A program made the position numbers and the translations under genes. A DNA stretch of 64,000 bases. It comes from a candidate division FCPU426 bacterium. GTDB taxonomy: Bacteria > Oederibacteriota > Muellerivitia > Muellerivitales > Muellerivitaceae. This document shows, one piece after another, positions 50,383-59,868 of this stretch (position 1 is the stretch's first letter; every line of letters begins with the position of its first letter). A model generated the notes under the pieces. It was not told the origin of the DNA and searched no databases. It saw only the letters and a list, made by a program, of their open reading frames with translations. Location: assembly GCA_963847625.1 (NCBI GenBank), contig CAWKAR010000039.1:64001-128000 (forward strand), read 5' to 3'.

Positions 50383-50835
50383 ATGGCGGGAACCATAGAC
50401 GTTGAAACCTTGAAAGACATACCTCTTTTCCAGAGTCTCACCCCCGACCAGAGGGCCAACCTGGCCACATTTTTTTTCGAAAAGAACTACACGAAAAACT
50501 CCACCCTGTTCATCGAGGGAATGCAGGGCGAAATTCTTTATGTGATCAAGAAGGGCGCGGTCCAATTGGTCAAGAAAACCGCGAACAGCCAGGAAGCCGT
50601 CCTGGCGGTCTTGAGGGAAGGGGAGCTTTTGGGGGAAATGTCCTTGATCGACAACCGGCCTCGCAGTGCCTCGGCCAAGGTGGCGGAAGAGTCCATCCTC
50701 CTGGTGATGACGAAAAAGGCCTTCAACACGATGATCGAGAAATACCCCGAGATCGCCCTGAAAGTCGTGATGTTCTTTCTGAGGATAGCCAACGAACGTC
50801 TGCGGAAAGCCAATGAATCCTTTAAACAGGTTTGA
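50383..50835 (+). CDS. Cyclic nucleotide-binding domain protein
   Basis: LYVIKKGAV, GEMSLIDNRPRSASA. Confidence 0.88.
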   Translation: MAGTIDVETLKDIPLFQSLTPDQRANLATFFFEKNYTKNSTLFIEGMQGEILYVIKKGAVQLVKKTANSQEAVLAVLREGELLGEMSLIDNRPRSASAKVAEESILLVMTKKAFNTMIEKYPEIALKVVMFFLRIANERLRKANESFKQV

Positions 50836-50851
50836 ACGGAACAAAACCACC

Positions 50852-52552
50852 ATGAGGAACAATCACTCCCTAGCCGTCCCATTGGCCCTTGGCATGGGCC
50901 TTTGGTTGTCCCACTGCCAGCTTTTGTCGGCCTCGGAAGACAGGTTGGCCAACGATCCCAGGGCCTACTGGCATTACGCCAACGGCATGTTCGCCCAGCA
51001 AACCCACGATCCCGAACGGGCTATCGCCGAGTTTCAAAGGGCCGCCGAACTTGACACGAAATCCATGGCCATCCATAACCGCCTGGCCTTCTTTTATTAC
51101 ATGGAAAGTATGGATTACAAGGCGGAGGAGGAACTCCAGAAATCCATCAAGTTGGATCCTGGCGACATCGACAACCGCCTCCTTTTGGCGAATCTTTTTA
51201 ACAGCCAAAACGAATTTTCCAAGGCGCAAAAAGAATACCAGCAGGTCTTGAAAATCGACCCTAAAAACGCGCAAGCCCGTTATTTCCTGGCGGGTGTTTT
51301 GGCGAACCAGAATAAGACCGAGGAATCCCTGGAAGCCTACCAGAAGATCCTGGAGGAAAACCCGAAATCGGCCGGGGTTTACTACAACATGGGGCTCATC
51401 TACACGCGGGCCAACCAAGCATCGAAGGCTGAGGAATGTTTTCAGAAAGCCATCCTGATTGATCCCAGCTTGGAAGCGGCTTATACCTCCCTGGGGCTAG
51501 TCTACGAATTGGACCAAAAAAACGATAAAGCCATCGAAACCTACAACGACCTGGTCAAGGTCAATCCCGATAACCCGCTGGCTTATTTCGCCTTGGGTGA
51601 GCTCTATTACAACCAGAAACAGGAACGGCAAGCCCTGGAGGCCTTCCAAAATTACTCGAAACTTAAACCAGATGACCCGGCGGTCTCGGATTACATCGGT
51701 CTCTGCCATTTCAGGCTGAAAGAATTTCCCGGGGCCATTGAGGCCTTCCAAAAAGTGCTGGAAAAGCAGCCCCAAAGCGCCCTCACGCGGTTGCGCCTTT
51801 CCGCGGCTTACGAGGAGAACAAGGATTGGGAGAATGCCGAAATCCAGTTAAAGGCCATCCTGGAAAAGGATCCCAAATCCATCGACGCTTGGGAAAGGCT
51901 GGCCATCTTGTACGATAAGCAAAAAAAAGACGACTTGACCGAGAAAACCATCATGGAGGGTTTGAAAGCCATTCCGAACAGCCCCGACCTTGTTCTCATG
52001 AAGGGCATGTTGAGCCAGCAAAGGGGAAACCTGAAGGATGCCGAAACCGATTACCGGAAAGCAATCCAATTGGATTCCAAAAATGTCCAGGCGTATTTCG
52101 AACTGGGAGCCCTTTTGGAAAAAACGGGGAAGTTCGACGAATCCATGGACCAGATCAAGAAAGTCATCCAGATCCAGCCGGATAACGCGGAGGCCTACAA
52201 TTACATAGGTTATTCCTATGCCGACCAGGGGGTCCACCTGGACGAAGCCAAGGCTTACCTGGAAAAGGCCGTAAAATTTGAGCCGGACAACGCTTATTTC
52301 CTGGACAGCCTGGGGTGGGTTCTCTTCCGGCAGAAGGACTTCAAAGGGGCGCGGGAGCAACTGGAAAAAGCCTTGAAGAATCTGAAAGGCGCCCAAAAGG
52401 ACGATGCGGTCATTTATGACCACATGGCCCAGGTCCTGATGCAGTTGGGTGAAAAGGAGGAGGCCGCCGCCCAATGGCAAAAAGCCCTCCAACTGGACCC
52501 CGACAACAAGACCTATCAAGAAAAAAACCGGCAAAAACAGCCTTCCCTTTGA
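50852..52552 (+). CDS. Exported TPR-repeat protein
   Basis: Signal peptide, many TPRs, NYIGYSYAD...LDSLGW typical of TPR proteins found upstream of ispE. Confidence 0.85.
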   Translation: MRNNHSLAVPLALGMGLWLSHCQLLSASEDRLANDPRAYWHYANGMFAQQTHDPERAIAEFQRAAELDTKSMAIHNRLAFFYYMESMDYKAEEELQKSIKLDPGDIDNRLLLANLFNSQNEFSKAQKEYQQVLKIDPKNAQARYFLAGVLANQNKTEESLEAYQKILEENPKSAGVYYNMGLIYTRANQASKAEECFQKAILIDPSLEAAYTSLGLVYELDQKNDKAIETYNDLVKVNPDNPLAYFALGELYYNQKQERQALEAFQNYSKLKPDDPAVSDYIGLCHFRLKEFPGAIEAFQKVLEKQPQSALTRLRLSAAYEENKDWENAEIQLKAILEKDPKSIDAWERLAILYDKQKKDDLTEKTIMEGLKAIPNSPDLVLMKGMLSQQRGNLKDAETDYRKAIQLDSKNVQAYFELGALLEKTGKFDESMDQIKKVIQIQPDNAEAYNYIGYSYADQGVHLDEAKAYLEKAVKFEPDNAYFLDSLGWVLFRQKDFKGAREQLEKALKNLKGAQKDDAVIYDHMAQVLMQLGEKEEAAAQWQKALQLDPDNKTYQEKNRQKQPSL

Positions 52553-53439
52553 CCTTGAACTCCCTCACCGTACAAACGCCCGCCAAGATCAATCCGGTCC
52601 TGGAGGTATTGGGAAAAAGAAGCGACGGTTTCCACGAACTGGTCCTGGTTTTCCAGGCCATTGACCTGTTCGACGACCTTGACCTGGAAAAAACGGGAAA
52701 AGGAGTAGAACTTTCGGTCGCAGAATCCCCATCCCCCCTTCCCGGAGACGGTTCCAACTTGGCGGTCAAGGCGGCCAAATTATTCCTGAGGACGGCGCTC
52801 CAGAACAAAGGAGGAGTCCGAATGCGCCTCCATAAGCGCATCCCCCTGGCGGCGGGCCTCGGAGGAGGTTCTTCCGACGCGGCGGGGGCCTTGGTGGGGC
52901 TGGACCGGCTTTTTGGGACGGGCCTCCCGGAACAGGCTTTAAGGGGGATGGCGTCCCAGCTGGGGTCGGATGTCCCCTTCTTTCTCAAGGGAGGGACGGC
53001 CTTGGGCACGGGCCGGGGCGAAAACATCACTTCTTGGGATTCGAAGGTTTCCTATCCCCTGGTTTTGGTCAAGCCCTCCCAGGGTCTTTCCACCATGGAA
53101 GTTTACCGGTCTGGAAAGGCGTTGGTGACCCCGGGGGACCGGGCTGGGAAATTCAAAACAATCTGGGAAAGGGGTGAAGGCGCCGCCGCGGCGGCTGCAT
53201 TGTTCAACGGGTTGGAACCGGCGTCCTTTTTTTTAATGCCCTCCCTCCGGGATATAAAGGATAAGATCTTGGGGGCCGGCGCCTTAGGCGCCTTGGTGGC
53301 CGGAAGCGGGCCCACCGTTTTTGGGATCGCTAAGACAAGGGAACACGCCCTGGAGATGGCCGGGAAATTGAAAGGTATGGAGCTCACGGTGATGACCGCC
53401 CAAACGGTTTCCACCGGGGTTCAAATCAAGGCAAGGTAA
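52549..53439 (+). CDS. ispE: 4-diphosphocytidyl-2-C-methyl-D-erythritol kinase
   Basis: PAKIN, KRSDGFHEL, IPLAAGLGGGSSDA, LGSDVPFF. Probable TTG start overlapping the upstream stop. Confidence 0.96.
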   Translation: MTLNSLTVQTPAKINPVLEVLGKRSDGFHELVLVFQAIDLFDDLDLEKTGKGVELSVAESPSPLPGDGSNLAVKAAKLFLRTALQNKGGVRMRLHKRIPLAAGLGGGSSDAAGALVGLDRLFGTGLPEQALRGMASQLGSDVPFFLKGGTALGTGRGENITSWDSKVSYPLVLVKPSQGLSTMEVYRSGKALVTPGDRAGKFKTIWERGEGAAAAAALFNGLEPASFFLMPSLRDIKDKILGAGALGALVAGSGPTVFGIAKTREHALEMAGKLKGMELTVMTAQTVSTGVQIKAR

Positions 53440-53448
53440 AATACAAAA

Positions 53449-54462
53449 ATGGCATGGGAATCAAAAGGCAATAGAAGAATCGGGTGGCGGGCTTGGCTTC
53501 TCTCCGTCATGTTTCTCCTCCTGGCTGGAAGTCTTGTTTTTGTTTACCTCGTCTTGCCCGGGAAAGTGGCGGCTACCATCGCGGACAAGGCCCGCCTGCA
53601 CCAATCCCTCACGACCGACCCCTCCCAGGACGGTTTTGCCTTCGAGAATGTCTCATATCCCACGGACGATGGGGTCACGCTTTCGGGTTGGTGGATGCCC
53701 GCGAAGGAGCGCATGCCCCGGGGAACCATCCTCCTTTCCCACGGGGTTTTCAAGAACCGGGAACAGGTATTGGCCCGGGCCGAGTTCCTCGTGCGAGGCG
53801 GTTATCAAGTTCTTCTCTTCGACCATCGGGGACACGGTCTCAGTGGGGGAAGCGCCGTCTCAGGCGGTCTCTTGGAATCGGAGGATTTCCCGGCGGGAGT
53901 GCGGTTTTTAAAGTCCAGGCATCTCCTTGAGGAACCCGTGGTTTATTTCGGGTTCTCCCTGGGGGCGATTGCCGCCCTAAGGGCGGGCGCGCGGGGAATG
54001 GACGTTCAAGCGGTCATCGCGGACAGCCCCCTTCCCAACCTGCGCGCGTATGTCTCCCGGCGCACCCCAGCGGGGCCGCTCGTGTGGATGCCGGGATTCC
54101 TCGGACTTTGCCTTTCGGCTTATGACGGGGCCACTGGCTTGAAGCTCACCGCAGGTGACCTGGATTTGGTCCCGGTCGTGAAAAACCTCAAGGGCCTTCC
54201 CGTCCTTTATCTCACAGGGGAGGACGACGACTTGGCCCGGCGGCAGGATGTCCAGAGGTTGTTTAACCAAAGCGCCTCCCTCCACCCTTGGCTTGTCGTG
54301 CTCCCCCAAGCGGGTCACGAACAAACTTCCAGCCAGGATCCCGTGGTTTACGAGAAAGTGGTGTTGGATTTCCTCACCCAATTGAAGGAAGGTTTTCCGG
54401 AAGCGGTAAAGTGGGAGAAAGATTATGGGGGGAAGGAAAAAAGCCATTCACGGGTAAAATAG
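53449..54462 (+). CDS. Membrane-anchored alpha/beta hydrolase
   Basis: N-terminal transmembrane segment, FDHRGHGLS, GFSLG nucleophile elbow, Asp/His candidates (GEDD, AGH). Confidence 0.85.
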   Translation: MAWESKGNRRIGWRAWLLSVMFLLLAGSLVFVYLVLPGKVAATIADKARLHQSLTTDPSQDGFAFENVSYPTDDGVTLSGWWMPAKERMPRGTILLSHGVFKNREQVLARAEFLVRGGYQVLLFDHRGHGLSGGSAVSGGLLESEDFPAGVRFLKSRHLLEEPVVYFGFSLGAIAALRAGARGMDVQAVIADSPLPNLRAYVSRRTPAGPLVWMPGFLGLCLSAYDGATGLKLTAGDLDLVPVVKNLKGLPVLYLTGEDDDLARRQDVQRLFNQSASLHPWLVVLPQAGHEQTSSQDPVVYEKVVLDFLTQLKEGFPEAVKWEKDYGGKEKSHSRVK

Positions 54463-54622
54463 GGTTTGCTGACCCCGATTCACACCCGAGGATAGCCTGG
54501 GCCCGGATTTATTCTCAAGGAGCGGGCCCAATTTGACGCTTGAATAGGGGCAAGACCCGATTTAAATTATCTGCCCCTTGGCCGTTGTTTTATCCAGGGT
54601 TTTCATTTTTCTGTCATCCGAT

Positions 54623-54697
54623 TGGGGCGTCGACAAGTGGTAAGTCACCAGCCTTTGGAGCTGGCATTCGTAGGTTCGAATCCTACCGCCCCAGCCA
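54623..54697 (+). tRNA. tRNA-Gln (anticodon TTG)
   Basis: Acceptor TGGGGCG/CGCCCCA, anticodon arm CCAGC-CTTTGGA-GCTGG, T-loop GGTTCGAATCC, encoded CCA. Confidence 0.97.
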
Positions 54698-55919
54698 TTT
54701 TTTTGCCCGTATTTATTGGGCTTTGCAACCAGATAAACCTTCTATCTACCTTTTCATCTACCTTTTCAACCTGGGTTTTGATTTCGGGATAAGCTTTTTC
54801 CATTTTCTGCAATAAATCTTTTGGCGCATTTACTCCGTATCCTTCCAAGGTGCTCACGTTCTTATGACCCGTTAGGCTCATGATGTCATAAGGCGATAAA
54901 CCAGCCGCCCTCATGTTTGAAACGAATGAATGCCGGAAAGTATGGGGCCGGACCTTTTTGGTTAATCCCGCTTTGGTCGCAAGATTTACGAATAATTGTT
55001 TTCCAGGTTGGTCTATCGGTCTGCCCTCTTCGTCACATAGTAAAAAAACCTTATGCTTTTCTTCCCTGGAATACCAATGGCGATAAGTGGGGCGATGGGT
55101 TTTAAGCTTTTCTAATATTGGGAGTAATGGCCCAACGATGGGCAATATTCGGTAATCGCTCGTTTTTTCCGCCCTTACCGTGATTTCCCGGCGGGCTAGA
55201 TCGGCGTCAGCATAACGCAACCCGGCTAATTCACCTTGGCGTATCCCAAGATACAAAAGCAGGTGGGTTACAACCTGGGCATAGGGGCTTTCCTCTGAAG
55301 CTTTTAAGATGGCCGTTTGTTCCTCTTGGTTAAGGTAATTCTTCGGCTTTTTCTCAACCTTGGGGAAGTAGTCCTTAAGAAGTTGCTGGGGTGTCTTAAA
55401 GGGGTGGCTTTTTAATATCTGATTCTTAACCGCCCAACCGCAAAGGCTTGAAAGTTGGGCAACCTCATTGGAAATGGTCTTTATTCCAACAGGAGTGCCC
55501 CTATAAGTGATTTCTTTGCGCCGGGTGGTAATGTACCCTTCGATTTTAGCGGGTGTCAATTCATGTAGTTTTAGATCACCCAAGAAGCGGCAAGTATGGC
55601 TTAAAGCAATGCGGTAAGGTTTCAGGCCCTTGGATGAATTTAGTTTTATGCCCTCTACTGCACCAAAATATTGGGGGACCGCTTCAGTAAGGGTGGGAAT
55701 AATCTTAATGTCTAAACGTTCTTGGGTAATTTCTCTTACTTTTTCACGGCCTAAATTGTCGGAAACCCGCTTAAATACCTGCTTGGCTTCCCTTGTTGTG
55801 GGAAATGTCCCTAAATATAACCATTGCCGTGAACGTTTGCCCTTATTCATGGTTGAAGTGACGGCGAAAGCCTTAATACCGCCGTTTCTCTTGTCAGGCT
55901 TCGTTTGTAGAGTAGCCAT
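54645..55919 (-). CDS. Tyrosine integrase whose 3' end overlaps tRNA-Gln
   Basis: LGIRQGEL, PHTFRHSF, LTGH...TLEGY. Stop TGA at 54645-54647 lies inside the tRNA. Confidence 0.92.
   Translation of the reverse strand: MATLQTKPDKRNGGIKAFAVTSTMNKGKRSRQWLYLGTFPTTREAKQVFKRVSDNLGREKVREITQERLDIKIIPTLTEAVPQYFGAVEGIKLNSSKGLKPYRIALSHTCRFLGDLKLHELTPAKIEGYITTRRKEITYRGTPVGIKTISNEVAQLSSLCGWAVKNQILKSHPFKTPQQLLKDYFPKVEKKPKNYLNQEEQTAILKASEESPYAQVVTHLLLYLGIRQGELAGLRYADADLARREITVRAEKTSDYRILPIVGPLLPILEKLKTHRPTYRHWYSREEKHKVFLLCDEEGRPIDQPGKQLFVNLATKAGLTKKVRPHTFRHSFVSNMRAAGLSPYDIMSLTGHKNVSTLEGYGVNAPKDLLQKMEKAYPEIKTQVEKVDEKVDRRFIWLQSPINTGKKMAGAVGFEPTNASSKGW
54744..54767 (+). repeat. Tandem arm-type integrase sites (left)
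   Basis: ATCTACCTTTTC x2 with degenerate flanking copies. Confidence 0.7.
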
Positions 55920-55991
55920 TAGATTCGACCTTTCAAAACTTATCTCGCTGGGAGCCTATCATTAAAGTGGTTTGCTTCCAAAGAGATTTTT

Positions 55992-56219
55992 TCAAAGCTC
56001 TTTAACATTTTGTGGCCCGGTGTTACGTCGTCCCGCCCAAGCTTCCAATTTTTCAGCAGGGAACCGCAAACATCTTGAAGTGAATTTGGCAAAGGGGATC
56101 GGATCGGCTTCATATTTGGAACGGCAAACCCAATTTCTTAAAGTACCCCCGGCGATACCAAGGAAAGCCGCCGCCTCATTAACGGTTAAATATTTAGTCT
56201 GGTGTTGTAGCGTTTCCAT
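55992..56219 (-). CDS. Excisionase-like HTH (HTH_17/AlpA-type) protein
   Basis: YLTVNEAAAFLGIAGGTLRNWV...IPF...LRFPAEKLEAW. Confidence 0.82.
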   Translation of the reverse strand: METLQHQTKYLTVNEAAAFLGIAGGTLRNWVCRSKYEADPIPFAKFTSRCLRFPAEKLEAWAGRRNTGPQNVKEL

Positions 56220-56416
56220 TAACTTTCCTTATTGGTTTCCGATGAAGAACTATTGGCTTTCTCAAGGGCGGTTTTCAATTTTTCGGTAATTACTCTTTTT
56301 AAGCCTTCCATCATGGGTACTTGGTCCCGTTTGGCTCGTAAGCGACCTTCGGCAAGGATGGGAGCGGCTTGGCCGATTGCTATTTCAATGGGTTGTATGG
56401 TCATTATTCGTTTCAT
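56219..56416 (-). CDS. Hypothetical protein
   Basis: 65 aa; GAGG upstream; stop overlaps the next ATG (TAATG). Confidence 0.55.
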   Translation of the reverse strand: MKRIMTIQPIEIAIGQAAPILAEGRLRAKRDQVPMMEGLKRVITEKLKTALEKANSSSSETNKES

Positions 56417-58385
56417 CCTCTGGTTTAAGTGGGACTTTGGTTAGGTTGATAAGCCTTTCCCCCTTTTTGCTCCGTTCCATACGAATGCCGATAGTTTCTA
56501 AATTCGTTTTAGCCTTTTCAAGACGACGGGAAAGCGCAGATGAGTCTTTGGGCCAATACTTGCTTTTGGTATCAATGCCCATTTTTTCCGCTTCGTTTTT
56601 TAACTCGTTCAAGCATTCAGTCGGTGAACCTTGCCAAAATGTCTTGTCCTTCATGAACGATATGACCACTTGAGCAAGCGGGTTAGCATCTATAGCTTCA
56701 TCGTTTTGTTGCCGAATAGCGGAGCGGTAACCTCGCTCAAATTCTTTACGCAAGCCTAGCCATTCGGCTATTTTTAAGCCGTAAAGGTGAAAGTCGGCCA
56801 TGCGGGATAGGTCAGCGGGAAGGTCCTTGTTTGTTCGGCCTTCTCTTTCGTTCTTTTCTCGCTCTTCCAAATCATCAAGCACACCTACCAACACGTCGAA
56901 CACACCACAAAGGATATAAGGTTTCATTTTCTCGAAATTTTTCCAAATATCTTTTTCCGTTTGCCGCCTATCTCCCCTAACCCTGTCGAGATTAAAAAGA
57001 ATAGCCCTGTCCAATAGGTCTGCCGCCGCTGTCACCAAGGTGATTCCGTTCAGACCGATAACCCGTTGAAAGGAAAGAATGAACTCGTCCCCATCTGTGT
57101 ATAACTTTCTCTTGGAAATACCATCTCCCGTGCAAGCTCGGCTTAGAAGATCCGACATCTCCCCGGAGATGTGGGAAAGATTGTCTAATGGGATGAACCA
57201 ATGGGAATGGGCTTGAAGGACAAAGTTATCCGGGGTGGTCAAGGAAAGGGTTTGAATAGCGGACGGGTCGAGAAGTTCCTTTATAACCCTGATCATTGTG
57301 GATTTCGCGCTTCCTTGTGGTCCGTGGATAGCAAGAAAGGGGTGGGGAAATCCCGGTATGAAAGCCGCGATAAACCAAACCAGGAAAAGGGCTTCCTGGT
57401 CGCTGTATACTTTTATTTCACCTGAAGGAATTTTTTTCCATGGAAGTCTTGGAAGATTGACAAAATCCAAAAGCTTAAAAACGTCTTCAACCAAATAATC
57501 GGCCCCTTTTCTTCGTTTGGGCTCAACTTGTGGATGTTGGTGGGAGAATCGGCGGAAAAGAATCGGAGGGCGAACCACTATAGACCAATCCTCAGAAGTA
57601 ATCCGAACGGCGCGTCCGTCTCCCAGATCGTAGTAAATTATCCAGGGTTCTGGGTCCATCCCCGTGCTTCCCCAAAACAACCAAGGCGAACGCTCAAACT
57701 CTTCGGATTTCCGAATAATCGCCACTCTGGTGTAAAGGGTATAAACTGGGCTTCCCTCGGAAAAGGCCCGGCCCTTTAAACTCCCTTTGACATTCTTAAG
57801 TTGTTGGTCGGAAAGGGACTTTTCACCGTGTTTTTGTCTAAGCCAAGCCTCAAGATTCTCTGATTCAATCGGCGAATTAATCCCCGGAGGTAGATAGACG
57901 AAAGGGGTATTGTACTGGTCCCGAAAAACCCATCCGCCATGGTCATCGAAGATGTGAATTAATTCCTCTGTTTTTCCCTCAGATTTTGTAATCATTCGGC
58001 GTGGGGTTATCTCTTCCTGTTCTTCGGGCGTGACCAAGGACCACAAGGGGAGAGATGTGGGGGCATCCTCATACATTTTATCTAACGTTTCCTTTTCGTT
58101 TTTCATCTCCTTTTCCACAATTTTTAATTCGGATTCGATACGCGCTATCTCTCGTCGGCTTTTTTCGTCAGGTTTATCTTCATAGTCATACCAACGGTTA
58201 AGTAGCCTTTGATATTTCTGGATGAGTTCGGGGGAATTGTGAAAAGACCCGAATAACTTACAAGAATGGATCAACCAAACCAATTTTTCTTCTTGATACT
58301 GCCCTCTTTTGGATTTTTCTTTTAGCCTAAAAATTTCCTTCAATATTTTGAGTTTTACTTGTTCTAACTTTTCAAATCCTTCCAT
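56385..58385 (-). CDS. Replication ATPase/helicase (SF3/AAA+-like) with C-terminal winged helix
   Basis: Walker A GPQGSAKST, Walker B FIPLDN, TGDGISKRKLYTD, LNGI, DLLDRA; RBS GGGGAGGGGG before ATG 58385. Confidence 0.75.
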   Translation of the reverse strand: MEGFEKLEQVKLKILKEIFRLKEKSKRGQYQEEKLVWLIHSCKLFGSFHNSPELIQKYQRLLNRWYDYEDKPDEKSRREIARIESELKIVEKEMKNEKETLDKMYEDAPTSLPLWSLVTPEEQEEITPRRMITKSEGKTEELIHIFDDHGGWVFRDQYNTPFVYLPPGINSPIESENLEAWLRQKHGEKSLSDQQLKNVKGSLKGRAFSEGSPVYTLYTRVAIIRKSEEFERSPWLFWGSTGMDPEPWIIYYDLGDGRAVRITSEDWSIVVRPPILFRRFSHQHPQVEPKRRKGADYLVEDVFKLLDFVNLPRLPWKKIPSGEIKVYSDQEALFLVWFIAAFIPGFPHPFLAIHGPQGSAKSTMIRVIKELLDPSAIQTLSLTTPDNFVLQAHSHWFIPLDNLSHISGEMSDLLSRACTGDGISKRKLYTDGDEFILSFQRVIGLNGITLVTAAADLLDRAILFNLDRVRGDRRQTEKDIWKNFEKMKPYILCGVFDVLVGVLDDLEEREKNEREGRTNKDLPADLSRMADFHLYGLKIAEWLGLRKEFERGYRSAIRQQNDEAIDANPLAQVVISFMKDKTFWQGSPTECLNELKNEAEKMGIDTKSKYWPKDSSALSRRLEKAKTNLETIGIRMERSKKGERLINLTKVPLKPEDETNNDHTTH

Positions 58386-58650
58386 GACGAACCCCCTCCC
58401 CAAACTCGCGCCAAGCTACTTGGCAGGTCCGTTGAAGGCGGCCTAAATCTTCATAACTGCTCAATAAATTGTGAAAAAAAGAAAGAGTATTGGGGAGTAC
58501 GAAGAGGGCGTTATTATCAAACGTATGGGAAAAGTCAAAAATCACTTCGCAGTTATTGCCAGTGGGGTAGGGGGAAAGAAGAATATTAGGGGAAACATTA
58601 GCGCATATTGACCACAAAACTGCTGTTTTTAAACTCGTCGTTCGGGACAT
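58372..58650 (-). CDS. Hypothetical protein
   Basis: RBS AGGAG 8 nt before ATG; overlaps the helicase start. Confidence 0.6.
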   Translation of the reverse strand: MSRTTSLKTAVLWSICANVSPNILLSPYPTGNNCEVIFDFSHTFDNNALFVLPNTLSFFHNLLSSYEDLGRLQRTCQVAWREFGEGVRHGRI

Positions 58651-58775
58651 GTTGTTAACTCCTGCTGGTTAGTCAATTTCACTACCCGCAATAGTCGTAT
58701 AAAACCGCTGGAATTTTTGGGAAGAGATTGGGAAATTATTGGGAACGAAGCTGATTAAAGAGTTATGAGTTTTAT

Positions 58776-59588
58776 TTAGAGATATTCAATTATTTGACGG
58801 GGGTTCCTGAGAAAAGTATCGGATAAGTGAATAGTTTTTGTTTCTTGAAGTAGTTTTTTAAAAAAATCAACATCGGTTTTTAAAGCTTTTTTCCCACCGC
58901 CATAGATACTAGTAGCCAGATATTGGGAATGGCCGTCCACGCCGAATGAGCCTTTCTTCGGATTATAAGACCTACTCCACGATTCATAGGTCTTAGTAAT
59001 ATTTTCACTTAGGGCCATGGTTAAAGCGTCAAAGCAGTTTTTTCTCCAGCGAAAATATAGCCGTTCAAATTTTTCCCTGCGTTTTTTGTTAACAGGGCGA
59101 AGTTCTACGTAATCGCCCGATGGGGGGAGATAGGGTCCAAGGGCTAATCTTTTGTAGTGCGTAACGTCAACATGCCTGTATTTTGTGTTGTTACCTTTCA
59201 AATTGCTCTTCATAAGTTTGCTTCCGTTTGTAATCATCTTTTTCAAATAGCCTTGAAATACGTGAAGCGGTGTTGCGCGACCAAACATTATTCTATTTTT
59301 GAGTAGGGAAGGTTTCTTTTTTAATTTTAGGCTGTATGTTTTTGTTTTAACCTTTTTAATAACGTTATTCCAACCTTTCATGGATTTGAAAATATCCTTT
59401 ACGCGCCCAAAGGATTTACCTGAAATCTCAACAAGGTAATCCTCGTGCAAACCCTTTCCGCCGTCATCGAGGTCTTTTTTAAAAGCTTCCAAGCAGAGCA
59501 TTTGAGGATTGGTTAAATTAAGATAGGTTTTCCCATTGAAAGTCAGGCGCTTATTTTTTTTATCCAGGTTAAAAATATCGTTTATCAA
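58776..59588 (-). CDS. Hypothetical basic protein, possible N-terminal winged helix
   Basis: 270-aa AT-rich ORF; GAGG before TTG; no recognised catalytic motif. Confidence 0.6.
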   Translation of the reverse strand: MINDIFNLDKKNKRLTFNGKTYLNLTNPQMLCLEAFKKDLDDGGKGLHEDYLVEISGKSFGRVKDIFKSMKGWNNVIKKVKTKTYSLKLKKKPSLLKNRIMFGRATPLHVFQGYLKKMITNGSKLMKSNLKGNNTKYRHVDVTHYKRLALGPYLPPSGDYVELRPVNKKRREKFERLYFRWRKNCFDALTMALSENITKTYESWSRSYNPKKGSFGVDGHSQYLATSIYGGGKKALKTDVDFFKKLLQETKTIHLSDTFLRNPRQIIEYL

Positions 59589-59631
59589 AAGAACCTCTGG
59601 AAGTTAAAGCCGAATTAAAAGCATTTTTGTC

Positions 59632-59868
59632 TTAAGGCTTCCACGCGCCTAAAAGCTGTAATAGGCGAAGCATGGGGCCACCTGGTTTACGTTGACCGCT
59701 TTCCAAAAGGAAAAGGGCCGTATAGCCAACGCCCAAGACTTTCGCCAACGCCACGGGACCGATTTTATTTTTCTTCCGCCATTCTTTCAATGTTTTAGCG
59801 TCTTGGGGCCGCCATTCGGGAAGCACGGGGGGATTCGTGAGCCATTCTTTTAAGATGTTTGGGTTCAT
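59632..59868 (-). CDS. XRE-family HTH protein
   Basis: LKEWRKK...ALAKVLGVGYTALFLLESGQRKP; ATGA-coupled to the recombinase. Confidence 0.75.
   Translation of the reverse strand: MNPNILKEWLTNPPVLPEWRPQDAKTLKEWRKKNKIGPVALAKVLGVGYTALFLLESGQRKPGGPMLRLLQLLGAWKP

Noticed and set aside
54540..54815. 91-aa plus-strand ORF
   Set aside because: Overlaps tRNA-Gln and the integrase; spurious.
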